In this document: piece after piece, positions 31,897-43,782 of the stretch
Layout of the letters: each line of letters begins with the position of its first letter
Position numbering within the stretch: position 1 is the stretch's first letter
Assembly: GCA_963840855.1 (NCBI GenBank)
Contig: CAWJBB010000046.1
Coordinates: 64,001-128,000 of the forward strand
Reading direction: 5' to 3'
Length of the DNA stretch: 64,000 nt
Origin: an uncultured delta proteobacterium
GTDB taxonomy: Bacteria > Desulfobacterota > Binatia > UBA9968
Notes under the pieces: model-generated
What the model was told of the DNA's origin: nothing
Seen by the model: the letters and a program-made list of their open reading frames with translations, nothing else
The model's database searches: none
Position numbers and translations under genes: made by a program

Positions 31897-32823
31897 ATGG
31901 AAACTGTAAGACTTGCCTACCGCGATGTAGACCGATTGCCGGTCATCCATTGCATTAAAGAAATGGCTCTCCAGCACTACGGCGTCGACGTTCGTGATTT
32001 ACAAATCAAGGACTACGACGAGTTTGAATCCGCAATCTTCGCTGATGCGGCAGACATCCTCATCGATCACGTGGAATTCCTGTACAAAGAAGCGGCAAAG
32101 GGAAAGAAGGTTACATTCTTTTGCGCGCCAAAGATTGTGCGGGGATTACAGCTCGTAGTGCCGAAGGACCTAGAGGAGCTTGAAGTGTTTGCGGGAAAGA
32201 CCATGGCTGTGCGAGACTCAGGCCGGCCGCACGCCATTAATCTATGGCTAAGAATGGTGGGATTGGAAAGCAAGGTAACGGTTGTGATCGTCAAGGATGA
32301 TGAAGTTGGACGCTGGAGTCAGTGGAAGAAAGTCGCCAGCGGAGAATGTATCGCTTCCTTTATCGATCCGCTTTACGTCTCTGACGCCTTGCAGGCGGGC
32401 CTAAAAGTTCTCGCAGTGCCGGATATCCCCGTAGTCGGGCATTACGCTCAGGCATGCACATCAGACTTCGCTCGCGAAAAATCGTCGCTACTGAGGTCGT
32501 ATGTGAAGGCGGTGATCCATGCACTTTGCCTGATGAAGTATGACAAACCTGGAGCCCTCAGAATTGTGTCCGGAGAGCCGATGAAGCGCATGCGCATCGA
32601 TGATCCACAGATCATGGGGCGGCACTTCGCTGCGATTGTGGAGAAGCTGCAAGTGAAGCCTTATCCGACGCCGGAAGCGATTAGCAATACCTACGAGATT
32701 GCGGTGAAGGAGTACGGCGCCGCCGGAATAAACCCAATGACCCTGTGGGACCTGCACTGGGTAAAAGAACTGGACGATGAGGGATTTATCGACGGTTTGT
32801 TGAAATGCATCGAGCCACAGTGA
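31897..32823 (+). CDS. TauT-like ABC substrate-binding protein
   Basis: GKTMAV, KPYPTPEAI, ELDDEGFID; same family as 17808-18869. Confidence 0.8.
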   Translation: METVRLAYRDVDRLPVIHCIKEMALQHYGVDVRDLQIKDYDEFESAIFADAADILIDHVEFLYKEAAKGKKVTFFCAPKIVRGLQLVVPKDLEELEVFAGKTMAVRDSGRPHAINLWLRMVGLESKVTVVIVKDDEVGRWSQWKKVASGECIASFIDPLYVSDALQAGLKVLAVPDIPVVGHYAQACTSDFAREKSSLLRSYVKAVIHALCLMKYDKPGALRIVSGEPMKRMRIDDPQIMGRHFAAIVEKLQVKPYPTPEAISNTYEIAVKEYGAAGINPMTLWDLHWVKELDDEGFIDGLLKCIEPQ

Positions 32824-33026
32824 GGTTTTGTGATGATGCGTTCCAACCGAAGGCGCCCAGCTCAACCGCGCTAAAAAGTCGCAACCGCCCCTCAACGTCG
32901 TATATAGGGTGAGATTCTTGACGGAAAATTTTCACTTTGATATTTATCAAAAGATTTATTTCAACTAGTCAAAGGGATTCACTGCAGCGTCGCTGGCCGC
33001 GAATTTCGTACCGTTAGGAGAAAACG

Positions 33027-34172
33027 ATGGAACAGGCGCGATTTTTTTCAGCCGACTCGCATGTTAATGAGCCGCCCGCCGCGTGGGAGCGTATTCCAAA
33101 AAATCTGCGCGCCCATGGCCCGCACTTTGTCCAAGATCCGCAGGGTCGCAAAGGCTTGTATATGGTATTTGACGGCCATGAGCCCGACCCGGTCGGAATG
33201 ACTTTTACCGCGGGGGTTCAGAAAGACGGCGGCGGCGTTCGCAAGATGATCGAAAATTTTACCTGGGAAACCTGGCGCGGACCCTGGGATCCGGTGGCGC
33301 GACTGGGCGATATGGACCTCGACGGCGTCAAGATGGAGGTTCTGTATCCCAGCATGGCGCGCAATTTTTACAGCCTCAAGGGCGAAGAGGTGCCGCTGCA
33401 GCAGGCGGGACTGCAGTCCTATAACGACTGGCTGCGCGAGTACTGCCTGGCAGCGCCTGACAGGCTCGTCGGTCTGGGGCTTCTGTCCGCTCTCGATGTC
33501 GATTGGTCCATCGAAGAGATGAAACGCTGCGCTAAACTCGGGCACAAGGGCGTGGTGCTGCCGTCGGGCCTCCCCGAAGGGAAGAGCTACGCTGATCCGG
33601 AGTTCGATCCACTGTGGACGGCCGCCCAGGACATGGACTTCCCGGTGCATTTTCACGTCAACATTCTGCAGGGCAGCGATCGCATGGCGGCGCGGTTAAA
33701 AGTCATCAGCAAGTTACAGCAGGGGCGAAATGCCGTTAAACGCGGCATCTTGGAACCTTTGAATTTGGTCACCGACTTGGTTTTTGGCGGCGTATTGAAC
33801 CGATTTCCCAAACTTCGCTTCGTGTTAGCAGAGTACGAGCTGTCCTGGCTCTTTCCCTTCTTCACCAAAATGGACGGCTCCGTGGCCCGAGCGCGCTCCG
33901 AAACCCCGGAATCCGCGACCATCGAGGCCCTGCCCAGCGAATCCATCAGACGGCAAGTTTACGTCACCTTCCAGGATGATCGGGTTGGTGTTCTCGGGTC
34001 GGAGGCTCTCAACCTGACGGACAACGTCATGTGGGCGAGCGACTATCCTCACGGCGGTGCCACCTGGCCCCACTCGAAAGAGATCGTCAAAGCCCAGTTC
34101 GCAGGCGTCTCCGACGAAGTCGAGAAAAAACTTACCTGGAAAAACGCGGCGAAATTTTACGGCGTTGAATAA
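33027..34172 (+). CDS. Amidohydrolase_2 family protein
   Basis: SADSH, PVHFH, MWASDYPH, NAAKFY. Confidence 0.93.
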   Translation: MEQARFFSADSHVNEPPAAWERIPKNLRAHGPHFVQDPQGRKGLYMVFDGHEPDPVGMTFTAGVQKDGGGVRKMIENFTWETWRGPWDPVARLGDMDLDGVKMEVLYPSMARNFYSLKGEEVPLQQAGLQSYNDWLREYCLAAPDRLVGLGLLSALDVDWSIEEMKRCAKLGHKGVVLPSGLPEGKSYADPEFDPLWTAAQDMDFPVHFHVNILQGSDRMAARLKVISKLQQGRNAVKRGILEPLNLVTDLVFGGVLNRFPKLRFVLAEYELSWLFPFFTKMDGSVARARSETPESATIEALPSESIRRQVYVTFQDDRVGVLGSEALNLTDNVMWASDYPHGGATWPHSKEIVKAQFAGVSDEVEKKLTWKNAAKFYGVE

Positions 34173-34208
34173 TGCAGCGCGCGGCTATGCACACGAATTA
34201 ATAGGACC

Positions 34209-35264
34209 ATGAGGGGGACTATATTGGTCGCGGCTATCGTAGTGTGCGCTGCCGTGGTTGTTTCCGCCTCGGCATTTGCCCAGACTGAGGGATTCTACAA
34301 GGGCAAAACGCTGCAAATAATCGTTGCCTCGGGCCCGGGCGCTGGCAACGACATCCAGACGCGCATTTTCGCCAGACACGCGGCGAGACATCTGCCCGGT
34401 AACCCGAATATAATCGTCGAGAATATGGCAGGCGCTGGCGGCCTGAGAGCGCGCAATCACGTCTACAACCTCGTCAAGCCTGATGGTTTGACCATCGCGC
34501 AGATTATCAGGGGTACGGAGCTCCAGGAAGCGGTCGGCGATCCCGGGGTGAAATATAAGTCCGATCGATTTAACTGGCTTGGCAACTTGAGCACCGGAGA
34601 CGCGGTGTGCATCGCGCGCATCGACCGTGCGGGATTAACGCTTCAAGAAGCCGTTAAGCGTTCCGCGGGAAACCCCCTGCGTAATGCTGAGTCTGGCAAC
34701 ACGACCATTGGCGCAGTGGCAGCGCTGCTGATCAAAGAATTCAGCGGGATTAATTTGAATGTTGTCGCTGGCTATCCCGGAGGCTCTGCGATGGATCTCG
34801 CCATCGAGAGAGGCGAGGCTGACATGCGTTGCGGTCTGATCTGGAGTTCGGCCAAGGCGCGTCACTCTGACTGGTTCAAGCAGCTCGGAGCGAAGAAACC
34901 TTTCGCGACGGTGATGGTCCAGATTGCCGACAAACGACTTCCCGAGCTGGCCGATGTGCCAACCCTTGTGGAACTGGCGCCGGATCCCAGCTGGCGCGCC
35001 GTCGCTGAAACCATCACGTTTACCTACGAGAATGCCTATCCCATGCTCGCCCCTCCGGGAATGCCCGAACCCTTGGTCAAAATGTTGCGCAAAGCCTTTT
35101 GGGATACGGTGCAGGATCCGCAGTATATCGCCGAAGCAAAAAAGGCGGGATTCGATGATAACGAGCCTTTGCCGGGAGAAAGGGTGCAGGGCGTGGTGAG
35201 GCGAATACTGGACATTCCCGACGAGGCGAAGTCCCGGCTGCGCAAGCTCCTCGGCCTCCACTAA
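34209..35264 (+). CDS. Tripartite tricarboxylate transporter (Bug/TctC-like) substrate-binding protein
   Basis: FYKGKTL, HLPGNPNIIVENMAGAGG, KPDGLTI, GYPG, LAIERGE. Confidence 0.9.
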   Translation: MRGTILVAAIVVCAAVVVSASAFAQTEGFYKGKTLQIIVASGPGAGNDIQTRIFARHAARHLPGNPNIIVENMAGAGGLRARNHVYNLVKPDGLTIAQIIRGTELQEAVGDPGVKYKSDRFNWLGNLSTGDAVCIARIDRAGLTLQEAVKRSAGNPLRNAESGNTTIGAVAALLIKEFSGINLNVVAGYPGGSAMDLAIERGEADMRCGLIWSSAKARHSDWFKQLGAKKPFATVMVQIADKRLPELADVPTLVELAPDPSWRAVAETITFTYENAYPMLAPPGMPEPLVKMLRKAFWDTVQDPQYIAEAKKAGFDDNEPLPGERVQGVVRRILDIPDEAKSRLRKLLGLH

Positions 35265-35371
35265 GGCGTTAATTGGCTGACAGACATAGGCAACCAAGAG
35301 CGAGACTTGTCTGGACAGAATCGACTCGCCCCAGGTCTTTAATTTTGCACCTCAGTATGCGATTTAGCTAC

Positions 35372-35413
35372 TATGCCCCCGTAGCTCAGGTGGATAGAGC
35401 ACAGGATTCCTAA
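35372..35413 (+). repeat. Left att site: exact copy of the 5' half of tRNA-Arg(CCT)
   Basis: 42-bp identity with 54685-54726, ending at the 3' edge of the anticodon loop. Confidence 0.97.
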
Positions 35414-35530
35414 GCGTGCTCATCCGTTAAACTGAGTTCACTCCAGTTAATTTCAGCTAAGAAAATCAAGGTTCGAGTTGTGTTGAATGCAGTTGAGTTG
35501 AGTTGTGTTTGGCACGGGCGTGGCACAACA

Positions 35531-35872
35531 TCACTTAAACGGGAACACAAATACTTGATCGAACACGAGGCTCGCGTTAATCACACGAAAGCCAACAAAG
35601 TTTCCAGTTTGGCAAGCTGGTGTCAACAGGGCGATTGTAGCCACATCGGTCGTGAACCAAGTGCTGTTGTCCTCCCTAGCAACGAAAACAAACACGCCAG
35701 AAAAAGTTGCACAGGAAGACGCGTGATAGAAGTTAAAGCCAATAACAATCGCCTGTGTAGCGGGCCCCTCACTCGGTTCCCCCTTACCAAGTGTACCGTG
35801 TGGTTCGGAACTTTGAGCCGCCGCAATGCCAAGAGAACCAAGGACTAAAATCACTGCCAATACGATAGGCAT
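35531..35872 (-). CDS. Small secreted hypothetical protein
   Basis: Signal peptide, AAGGAGG RBS. Confidence 0.65.
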   Translation of the reverse strand: MPIVLAVILVLGSLGIAAAQSSEPHGTLGKGEPSEGPATQAIVIGFNFYHASSCATFSGVFVFVAREDNSTWFTTDVATIALLTPACQTGNFVGFRVINASLVFDQVFVFPFK

Positions 35873-36514
35873 GTTTGCCTCCTTTGAAAAATATAGTCTT
35901 TTGCCTCTACCATGCCCCGGCAGGGTGTCTGTCTAATATTGAACCAATGCTGAAAAGAATTATTACGAGTCCTGCGCGGGGCAGGCACACCCAGGGAGTA
36001 GGCAAACAAGTGAGAGTGATTTTTTATGGCTGATATTCACGAAACCAACCCGCTCCGCTTTCTAAGTTCAACTAAAGTTAACATCCCGCTTGAAGTCGCG
36101 TCATTATTTCATACAGCACAGGATTTCTTAACCTGTGGCGTCGAAAAATATCAACGAATCTAAGGGCTTTAAAAACGCTGTGCCAAACCGTGCCGACGAT
36201 AAGCCGGGAATCGAATTGAATCAGATCGAGTCAACCGTATCTCTTGAGCCCCGGAAAAAGCACCCATTCGGCAGAAACGCCCCTGGCGAAGTGACTCCAG
36301 GCCCGGCCCGGCATTTAAATATTCGATTTCGTCGTCATATAGCGGTGCCATGACCTCGCAACCAAATTTTTCAAAAAACATCAGCGTGGCAAGGAGCCTT
36401 ATTCATGAAACCCGCTCGCGGCGCACGTCAGAGAGGATCTAAAGACGCTGGGCCTTCCACATCACGTCAAGAGCACGAGTATTGGCGACCTGTTAAACGA
36501 GACCGCCGAGGAAC

Positions 36515-36781
36515 ATGAAGGCGGATAGCGCAAATGGGTTCGGCCAAACAGGATCGTTCGCCAGCGAGCCGTTAACGACTAGTGAGGGGCATTCTGGCAG
36601 GTGTCAGAACCCGTTCTGCAATTCCATCATTGAGCCTTTGCCGGATGGTGAATGGCGTAGGACAGAGCGGCGCTACTGTTGCGACCGTTGCCGAACTGAC
36701 GGCCATGTCTTGAGGCGGGCCAAGGCGATGATTGCCGAAGTTGGAATTGTCAAGTTTAACTCGTTCCTGGAAAAGTTTTAG
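36515..36781 (+). CDS. Small Zn-finger protein
   Basis: CQNPFC...RRYCCDRC. Confidence 0.6.
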   Translation: MKADSANGFGQTGSFASEPLTTSEGHSGRCQNPFCNSIIEPLPDGEWRRTERRYCCDRCRTDGHVLRRAKAMIAEVGIVKFNSFLEKF

Positions 36782-36887
36782 CGGCGCTTCATTTCTTATG
36801 TTGAAACAGCATTCAGTCTTGAAATCATAGGAAGAAGCAAAATCCAATTGGTGCCGATGTCCGAAAATGTCCCAGTAGGTTACGTCA

Positions 36888-37882
36888 TTAGTCTCTATTT
36901 TGACCCTCCCGCACAACCTCACGCGGGTCTTGGTCTTCGCGCAAGCCGACGAAAGCGGATTGCCGTAGATGCCCATCCGGCGTCCACTCGGCAAACTCAA
37001 TGTGGGCGACCGCTTCGGGCCTTACCCATTTGCAGTTTTTCATCTCTTCCTTCGTCAAGGCCCACTGTGTGCGCTTGCGCTCTGGCAGATTCGCAAATGG
37101 GCAGGTGGCAATTTCTAGTCCCCTGAGCTTGGCTGCTACCGCACGTCGGGTGTGCGGAACAAAGCCGTTTCGCACCTTGCCCGCATATAGCAGTGTGCCG
37201 TCTTGATAGTACCCGACGATGATGGAATCGATGGGGTTGCCGGAAACGTATCCGCCGATTACGAGTTCTTGGCCTCGGTTGATGCGATACTTGAGCCACG
37301 CACCGCTTCGTTTGCCGGATTCATAATACGAATCCCTCCGCTTCGCGAGGATTCCTCGAAGCCTAACTGTTTGGCGACGCGCACCAACTCGGTAGGCGTG
37401 GCATCTATCGTTTCTGACAGCTTTATGAGGGAATCTTTGCTCCTGACTTTTTCAAATATTTCATCAAGGACCTTTCGCCGCTCCTCAAGCGGTACGTTCA
37501 ATAAGTTCTTGCCCCGGCAGATGAGAACGTCGAAGGCGTAAAAGAGCAGCGCCTGTGCTTGTGAGCGGTGGTGCTGAATCAGATTGAATGAGACCCGACC
37601 GCTTTCATCGACTGCCACAACTTCGCCATCGAGCAACGTATCGGCTGGCAGCCGTTCGCAGGCGCGGGCAATATGCGGGAATTGGGCGGTGAAGAGATTT
37701 CCTCTCCGTGACCAAAGCGTTACGCCATCGTTGCGTTTACCAGCAAGGCATCGGTAGCCGTCGAATTTTACCTCATAAAGCCAGTCCTGGCCGTCGGGAA
37801 GCTGTCGCACCGCAAGCGCATACATCGGCTCGATGAAGCGGACGGCGGCTTCCGGCTGGCTGCTACGTTTGACTCTTCGCAT
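36888..37882 (-). pseudogene. ligD: LigD-type ATP-dependent DNA ligase, frameshifted
   Basis: EVKFDGYR, LDGEVV, YAFDVL; the OB domain (WVRPEAVAHIEFAEWT...LREDQDP) lies in another frame after ~37345. Confidence 0.88.
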
Positions 37883-37996
37883 TCATGCGCCGACAGTCGG
37901 GCGCGCCTGGTAACGAATTACCGACCCATTGCGGCCCGCCTGGCAAACGGTGATTCAATCCGCGAATTTGGCTGACGGGATCGATTTTAGCTCGTC

Positions 37997-38848
37997 CTAG
38001 TTATTATTGCCCGCGTCCGTGCCACCTGTGTAAGGAACGGCGACTCCGCTCGTCAGATTGTCCCGAAATTTTCCGCTTTGGACGGTGAACTCAATCCCCG
38101 ACGCCATGTTTGTAATGCGATTGTTAACGACCAACACATCAGACCCCGCAACGATAATACCCCCGGTGCGGGGCCTGGGAGGCGATATAGTATTGCTGAG
38201 GCGATTATTTTCTACGACGGCGTTATCGGCATTAACTGCAATCGCAAATGCGCCTCCAGTTCCTTGTGCGTTGGTGTCAGTCACGTCATTGTTGAGAGCG
38301 CGGACACCAGAACCGGAGAGAAATATGCCCGTGGACGAAGAACCTGGCAGGGACACGTTGCCTGGTCCCGTGCTTACGATCATGTTGTTGCGAATGATGC
38401 TGTGCCGGTTGCTAACACGGATACCTACCGATGTATTGAGGTCAACGCGGACATTTTCTATGACACACACAGAGCCGAAGCTGATGTTAATGGCAGTAAA
38501 AAATCCCCGCACCGTTCCGTTCTTGACCGTGATGTTATTGCGTAAAAACGCGAAAATCCCTTGAGCCTGTGTTCCTATATTTTCCGATGTCAGTTCGGTC
38601 AATCCTCCAAGAGTAAACCCGTTTAAGTCTATCACGACGTTGTCCGCCGCGATATTGATGGCATTGACAGTGGTGATCGGCGTGCTCAGGTCACGTTGGA
38701 GACAGTAAGCGCCCGGTATGGTGATAGTCACGGGGAGAAAGTCAATTTCGGTACAGTTTTCAGTCTGTGCTGAGGCAGTCGTCGCGCCAACTGCTACAAG
38801 CAAGGAACCACACAGAAAAGCCGCAGCTAATCGTCCTAAACTCTTCAT
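37997..38848 (-). CDS. Secreted right-handed beta-helix repeat protein
   Basis: ITIPGAYCL, VIDLNGFTL, NITVKNGTVRGF, N/G-rich repeats. Confidence 0.85.
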   Translation of the reverse strand: MKSLGRLAAAFLCGSLLVAVGATTASAQTENCTEIDFLPVTITIPGAYCLQRDLSTPITTVNAINIAADNVVIDLNGFTLGGLTELTSENIGTQAQGIFAFLRNNITVKNGTVRGFFTAINISFGSVCVIENVRVDLNTSVGIRVSNRHSIIRNNMIVSTGPGNVSLPGSSSTGIFLSGSGVRALNNDVTDTNAQGTGGAFAIAVNADNAVVENNRLSNTISPPRPRTGGIIVAGSDVLVVNNRITNMASGIEFTVQSGKFRDNLTSGVAVPYTGGTDAGNNN

Positions 38849-39550
38849 AGCGAACCTCCTTTAGACCAGAATGGTGAGGAGACTAACTATCGTCGTCGCG
38901 GCTGTCAATGAGAAAAGACTTCCGATGGGACGGGTGGCGTATGACAAGCGAGCAGCAATCCAGTTTCACTCGCAGCGGTAGTCGTACATAGCGTAATGCT
39001 GGCAGAATCGCAGATACTCAACTCGGCTGGAGAATTGGGACTGCTCGTAGACCAAGCGCGGGAAGGGGCCTGTCGAGCAACCGGCGAAAACAGCGGCGCT
39101 AAGAGCTACGGCAAGAACCATCGATGTAATATTCATGGTATTTTCCTTTCATCAAGCGGAGTGAATCAAATGAAAAACAAGATAAAACCCTAGAGCCGAA
39201 TAGACTATCGCTACGAAGGTCAAGCCCCGAAGCGGCACCATCGGTCGGTAACGACCAATCGAATACAATATAACGAGCAGAGCACAGACAAAGACCTTCC
39301 AATAGATCAACGCCCACAAGAGCCCCCAGGCGTCAATCGCGGCACTCACGAACGGGTTTAATTCGGCTTCGCCGCGAAACGTATGGCCTTTTATCCCTAA
39401 AGCCTGGAAGCAATCAAGCCTCGGAGAGATCGCCGAGGATTGACGGCGGTATAAAAGTTGTGGCACTAAACCGCGGACCCGCACGTAGGTTTGAACTGAA
39501 GCCACCTTGCGCGGACTTGGCGACTGAATGGTATCAGAAATTGACCGGGG

Positions 39551-39889
39551 TTATTTCTTGGCGGCTCTCTTCGCGGCCCAGTAGGCCCTCAATTTCGCGG
39601 ACAACTTTGCTCTCGTGGCCCGACTAAATGTCGTTTTCCTGGCTTTGGCAGCGGTTCTGCCGAAACGCGTTGCTGGTTTGGCTCGACGAAGGTTCGCCCA
39701 TCTCGCTTTTTGCGCAGCCGCAATCTTCCTTTTCACAGACGCGCTTATGGTCCGCTTTTTCGTCGAGTCACCTGCAGAGTTGCTTGACACACCGAGGATG
39801 CGGCCGAGCTCCTTGCTGAGCTTCTCGATTCGTTCTTTGATCGCGGCAGCCCGTTTAAGCTGGTTGACGGTCAGGTCGTATAGGTCCAT
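39551..39889 (-). CDS. Basic histone-like/nucleoid-associated protein
   Basis: N-terminal coiled coil plus two KRKIAAAQKARWA-type K/R/A-rich repeats. Confidence 0.7.
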   Translation of the reverse strand: MDLYDLTVNQLKRAAAIKERIEKLSKELGRILGVSSNSAGDSTKKRTISASVKRKIAAAQKARWANLRRAKPATRFGRTAAKARKTTFSRATRAKLSAKLRAYWAAKRAAKK

Positions 39890-40037
39890 GCGGCAAGTAA
39901 GTATTCAAAAGCCGACAGAAATCAAGGGAAGTAAGACATTAATTTGCGCCAATGGTGATCTAACCGATGTCTGTGTCGGGATTTGTTAGAAGGAGAATTC
40001 AGTTCAATCCTGGCAGCGCCGCTTGCTTTTCTGCCCA

Positions 40038-40166
40038 TCACCTGATCACCTTATCCGCTCTCACCAGCACATTTGGCGGAATCGTCAGGCCGATCTGCTT
40101 TGCGGTCTTGAGATTTATCACCAGCTCGAACTTTGTCGGCTGCTCCACAGGCAGGTCGCCTGGCTT
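40038..40166 (-). pseudogene. C-terminal fragment of an ABC_sub_bind protein
   Basis: [42 protein letters not shown]. Confidence 0.85.
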
Positions 40167-40228
40167 GCAGTGGAGATGTGATGAGTTAGCATGAACAGAG
40201 CAATCCATCATTAATGCGGAGGTGATCT

Positions 40229-40540
40229 ATGCGATTTCTAGTCAAGGTGAACATTCCTGTCGAAGCCGGGAACAGGGCTGCGAAGGCGGGAAAGCTCGGC
40301 ACAACCATCCAATCTATACTGGCGGATTTGAAGCCCGAGGCCGTGTATTTCACGGACGACAATGGTCAACGGACGGCGTTTCTCTTCCTCGAAATGCAGG
40401 ACGCTTCGCTGATCCCCGCAATTGCGGAGCCGTGGTTCCTCGCGTTCAATGCGAGCATTGAGATTCACCCGGTGATGGTACCTGACGACCTTGCTAAGGC
40501 TGGAGGCGCGATCGAGCAAGCAGTCAAGAAATACGGCTGA
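40229..40540 (+). CDS. Small ferredoxin-like alpha/beta protein (DUF3303/GYD-like)
   Basis: KPEAVYF...IAEPWF...PVM; GGAGG RBS. Confidence 0.75.
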   Translation: MRFLVKVNIPVEAGNRAAKAGKLGTTIQSILADLKPEAVYFTDDNGQRTAFLFLEMQDASLIPAIAEPWFLAFNASIEIHPVMVPDDLAKAGGAIEQAVKKYG

Positions 40541-40999
40541 TTGATCGGCGCCATCTAACCGCCGCGGGAGCCGATAATTGAGTATGCTGTTTTACTTAGT
40601 GACGACTCAACGCCATAGCGTTAGCCTTGAGATTGAAGTGAACGACGCAACGGACAAATCTCACAGGATTGAGTCGATGGAGAAATCAAGTTCGACGCCG
40701 AGAAAGCGGCTTTAAACTGGTTCGTGTACACTTCGACGGTTGGGACCTTTGGGGAATCAGGGGAAAGGTCAGGCTAGTATGGGGGATTCTGCTGAAAAAC
40801 CCTATCCTGATTTCGGGACAAGATCGAGAGTGTTCTCGGTTTCGACTGCCATGTCGATAAGTTCCTTTGGCGGCGTTCCCCACGTAACCAGCGCGCGATT
40901 GGACAAGGTAAGACCAAAAGATGTTTTTTTCTCTGACACGCCGTGAGCATAGGAAGAGGCCGCGTCATCTTTCAAGCGCTGCCTGTGCCGCTTTATAGA

Positions 41000-43696
41000 T
41001 CAGTTGTAGGGGATCATCTTGGATGATGTTCGTGAGTGTTCAATTAGAGACCCGACCTTTTCAACGAGGTCATCGACCGAATATGGTTTGTAAATGCAGT
41101 CCTTCACGCCGGCCTGGAAGAGTTCTGATTTCACTTGCGGCTCTAGATAACCGGTTGTGATGATAATCCTTATCCCCGGGTTTTGCTCCTTCAGCTCATG
41201 AATCACGTCAAAGCCGGTAATTTTGGGCAAGCCGAGATCGAGCACCACGATATCAATCTCTTCTTTATGATGGTGATAAAGATCTATCGCTTCTTCGCCG
41301 TCCATAGCAGTCAGGGTTTGGTAGCCCGCTTTCGACAAGACCTCTCTCAAAAGGCGAACCAGCGCCTCTTCGTCTTCGACCACGAGAACGGTTCCTCGAC
41401 CACTAGCGTATTTTCGACTGGCGCCTTCCCTTTTCACTATCTCATCAACCGACGATTTTCCTTCCGCCCGAAGCACCGGCAAATAGAGCCGAAACGTGGT
41501 GCCGCCTCCAGGCTTACTTTCCACATCGATGAAACCATTATGCTCTTTGACGATGCCGTAGACGATTGCGAGTCCCAGCCCCGTCCCTTCACCGATTCCT
41601 TTAGTAGTGAAGAACGGCTCGAAAATTCGCTCCCGGACTTCTTCTTTCATTCCCATCCCGGTATCGCTGATCACAATTGAGACATACGACTCCGTGCCGG
41701 CTTCGAGGCGGTGCTCCCGCGCTTTGTTTTCGTCGATCCTTTCCGTTCTGACTGTGAGTTTCCCGCCTGCCAGCATGGCGTCGCGCGCATTGACGCAAAT
41801 ATTGAGCAGCGCTTGGCTCAATTGATTTGAATCTGCCATTACCGACGGCAGCCCAGGGTCAAGATCCAATGCGACGTCAATAATTTTGGGAAACGATTGT
41901 TTGATCAGTTCGCTGATCGTCAAAACGAAGTCGTTGGCATCGATGGGAGCTAACTGCGCTTTCGTCCTGCGCGCCACGGTCAAAAGTTGCCGCACCATGG
42001 ACGTGCCGCGTTTGATTTGTTGGTCGATGGTTTTCAAACTTTTGTCAATCTCCTGCTCGGTTAACTGTTCCTCGCCGATGAGCTCAGCGTAACCTTGGAT
42101 AATAGTGAGGATATTGTTGAAATCATGCGCGATGCCGCCGGCCAGCGTCCCGATGCTTTCCATTTTTTGCGCGTGGCGGAGTTGCTCTTCAAGTTTTTTT
42201 TGCTCCTCGAAGGTTCTTAATAGAGCCGCGTTGGCTTGCTTCAAATCGGCCGTGCGCTCCTGAACTCGCCTTTCGAGCTCTTCGTTGGCTTTGACCAAAT
42301 CGCTTTTTGCTTGACGCACGAGTTCGTCCGCATGCTTTCGCTCCATAAACTGGCCGATCTGGCCGCCGATATCGCTGACCATTTGCAGGAAGCGATCGTC
42401 CGGTTCCCTAATCTCGCGGCTGAAGCATTCGATGACCCCAAGGGTCTTGTCTCCCAGTTTGATCGGGAAGCCAAAGGCACTATGTAGCCCCTCTTTGATC
42501 GCTACCGGCGCGCGTCTGAGATTGCTGTCCGTCGCCACATCGGGGATCCAGACCGCCCTGCCGGTGCTCCAAACTCGGCCTGGCAAATCAGTTTCACGAG
42601 TAAACCTGCCTTCTCTAGTGACGGCCTCGAACTGCGATGCTTGTATTGACGGCGGATGCCACACCTCAAAGCAGCGCAATTCACCGCTAGCTCGATCCAT
42701 GCTCCAAACGGCGCCCAGATCACATCCGGACCGTTCGCATAACACCTGGACGATTTTGGCGGCAGCCTCTTTGAGAGCTGGAGATTCTGCCAAGATACGG
42801 CTCACTGCATCTTGAACCTCTAGAAGATGCTCGGCCCGCCGGCCCTCGGAAATGACTGCAGCAAGCACCAACGCCGCAATGGCGATAGTGCCCATAAAGG
42901 ATTGCAGGTGCAGCAGCGATTCATTAGGGCTTGCATGGGCAAACGGACCAACGCCATTTAGCGTCCCGGCCAACGCGATCGCAGAGATGATAAACGCCGA
43001 AGTCACGGCGCCGCGCTGACCGAACCGGAACGCCGCCCACAAAAGCGGCAAGAGCAGTATGTATTCCGAGCTAGAAGGGATGCCTAGTAAAAACACAAGG
43101 TAGGCAAGCAAGATCAGCGATAGCAGCAAACCTGCAGCCTCAACGATCCATTTGGTTTTCAATTGAAAATAAGGCGGTGTCAGCCAAATCAGCAGGATGG
43201 GGGTAACGATCAAATCGCCGACTGCATCGCCCAGCCACCAGGTGAACCAGATGGCTGCGTACTGATTCCAGTGAGCGAAGCCACCCAGGGTCAAGCTGGT
43301 GACGCCGAAGGTCGCGCTAACCGCGGTGCTCAGAATCGGAGCGAGCAGGACGAACTTGAAAATGTTTCTCGCTCGTTCAAAGGCTTTCGTGCCATTGGCG
43401 AAGCGATTGATCGCCCAAGCGCCTAAAAGCGCCTCGAGCGTGTTACCGGCGGCAATGCCAAGTGTGGTTGCCACCGACCCTTGCGTGGTGATGTTCACCA
43501 GAAAGGCGCCGAGAAAAATTCCCGGCCAAAGTTTATATCCCCAGAGGAGCAGTGCCGCCAAAGCTAACCCGGTCGGGGGCCAAACCGCAGAGGCACTCGC
43601 GTGTATATACGCCCATGAAAGCCCGAGCTTGCCGGCGCAGAAATAAACCGCGGCGAGCGCCAAAATCTCTGTCAACGTGCGGAACCCTGATCTCAT
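41000..43696 (-). CDS. MASE1-GAF hybrid histidine kinase with REC domain
   Basis: [13 protein letters not shown] (MASE1), [26 protein letters not shown]. Confidence 0.93.
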   Translation of the reverse strand: MRSGFRTLTEILALAAVYFCAGKLGLSWAYIHASASAVWPPTGLALAALLLWGYKLWPGIFLGAFLVNITTQGSVATTLGIAAGNTLEALLGAWAINRFANGTKAFERARNIFKFVLLAPILSTAVSATFGVTSLTLGGFAHWNQYAAIWFTWWLGDAVGDLIVTPILLIWLTPPYFQLKTKWIVEAAGLLLSLILLAYLVFLLGIPSSSEYILLLPLLWAAFRFGQRGAVTSAFIISAIALAGTLNGVGPFAHASPNESLLHLQSFMGTIAIAALVLAAVISEGRRAEHLLEVQDAVSRILAESPALKEAAAKIVQVLCERSGCDLGAVWSMDRASGELRCFEVWHPPSIQASQFEAVTREGRFTRETDLPGRVWSTGRAVWIPDVATDSNLRRAPVAIKEGLHSAFGFPIKLGDKTLGVIECFSREIREPDDRFLQMVSDIGGQIGQFMERKHADELVRQAKSDLVKANEELERRVQERTADLKQANAALLRTFEEQKKLEEQLRHAQKMESIGTLAGGIAHDFNNILTIIQGYAELIGEEQLTEQEIDKSLKTIDQQIKRGTSMVRQLLTVARRTKAQLAPIDANDFVLTISELIKQSFPKIIDVALDLDPGLPSVMADSNQLSQALLNICVNARDAMLAGGKLTVRTERIDENKAREHRLEAGTESYVSIVISDTGMGMKEEVRERIFEPFFTTKGIGEGTGLGLAIVYGIVKEHNGFIDVESKPGGGTTFRLYLPVLRAEGKSSVDEIVKREGASRKYASGRGTVLVVEDEEALVRLLREVLSKAGYQTLTAMDGEEAIDLYHHHKEEIDIVVLDLGLPKITGFDVIHELKEQNPGIRIIITTGYLEPQVKSELFQAGVKDCIYKPYSVDDLVEKVGSLIEHSRTSSKMIPYN

Positions 43697-43782
43697 GTTT
43701 ACATCTTTGCCTGTGGCCCGCAGGAGCTTATTTGTAGAGAAAATCTCGATCTCAATTGCTGTTTGGAGCGAAAGACGGACAC

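Noticed and set aside
35375-35450. Second intact tRNA-Arg
   Set aside because: Identity ends after the anticodon loop; no T-arm or acceptor 3' strand.
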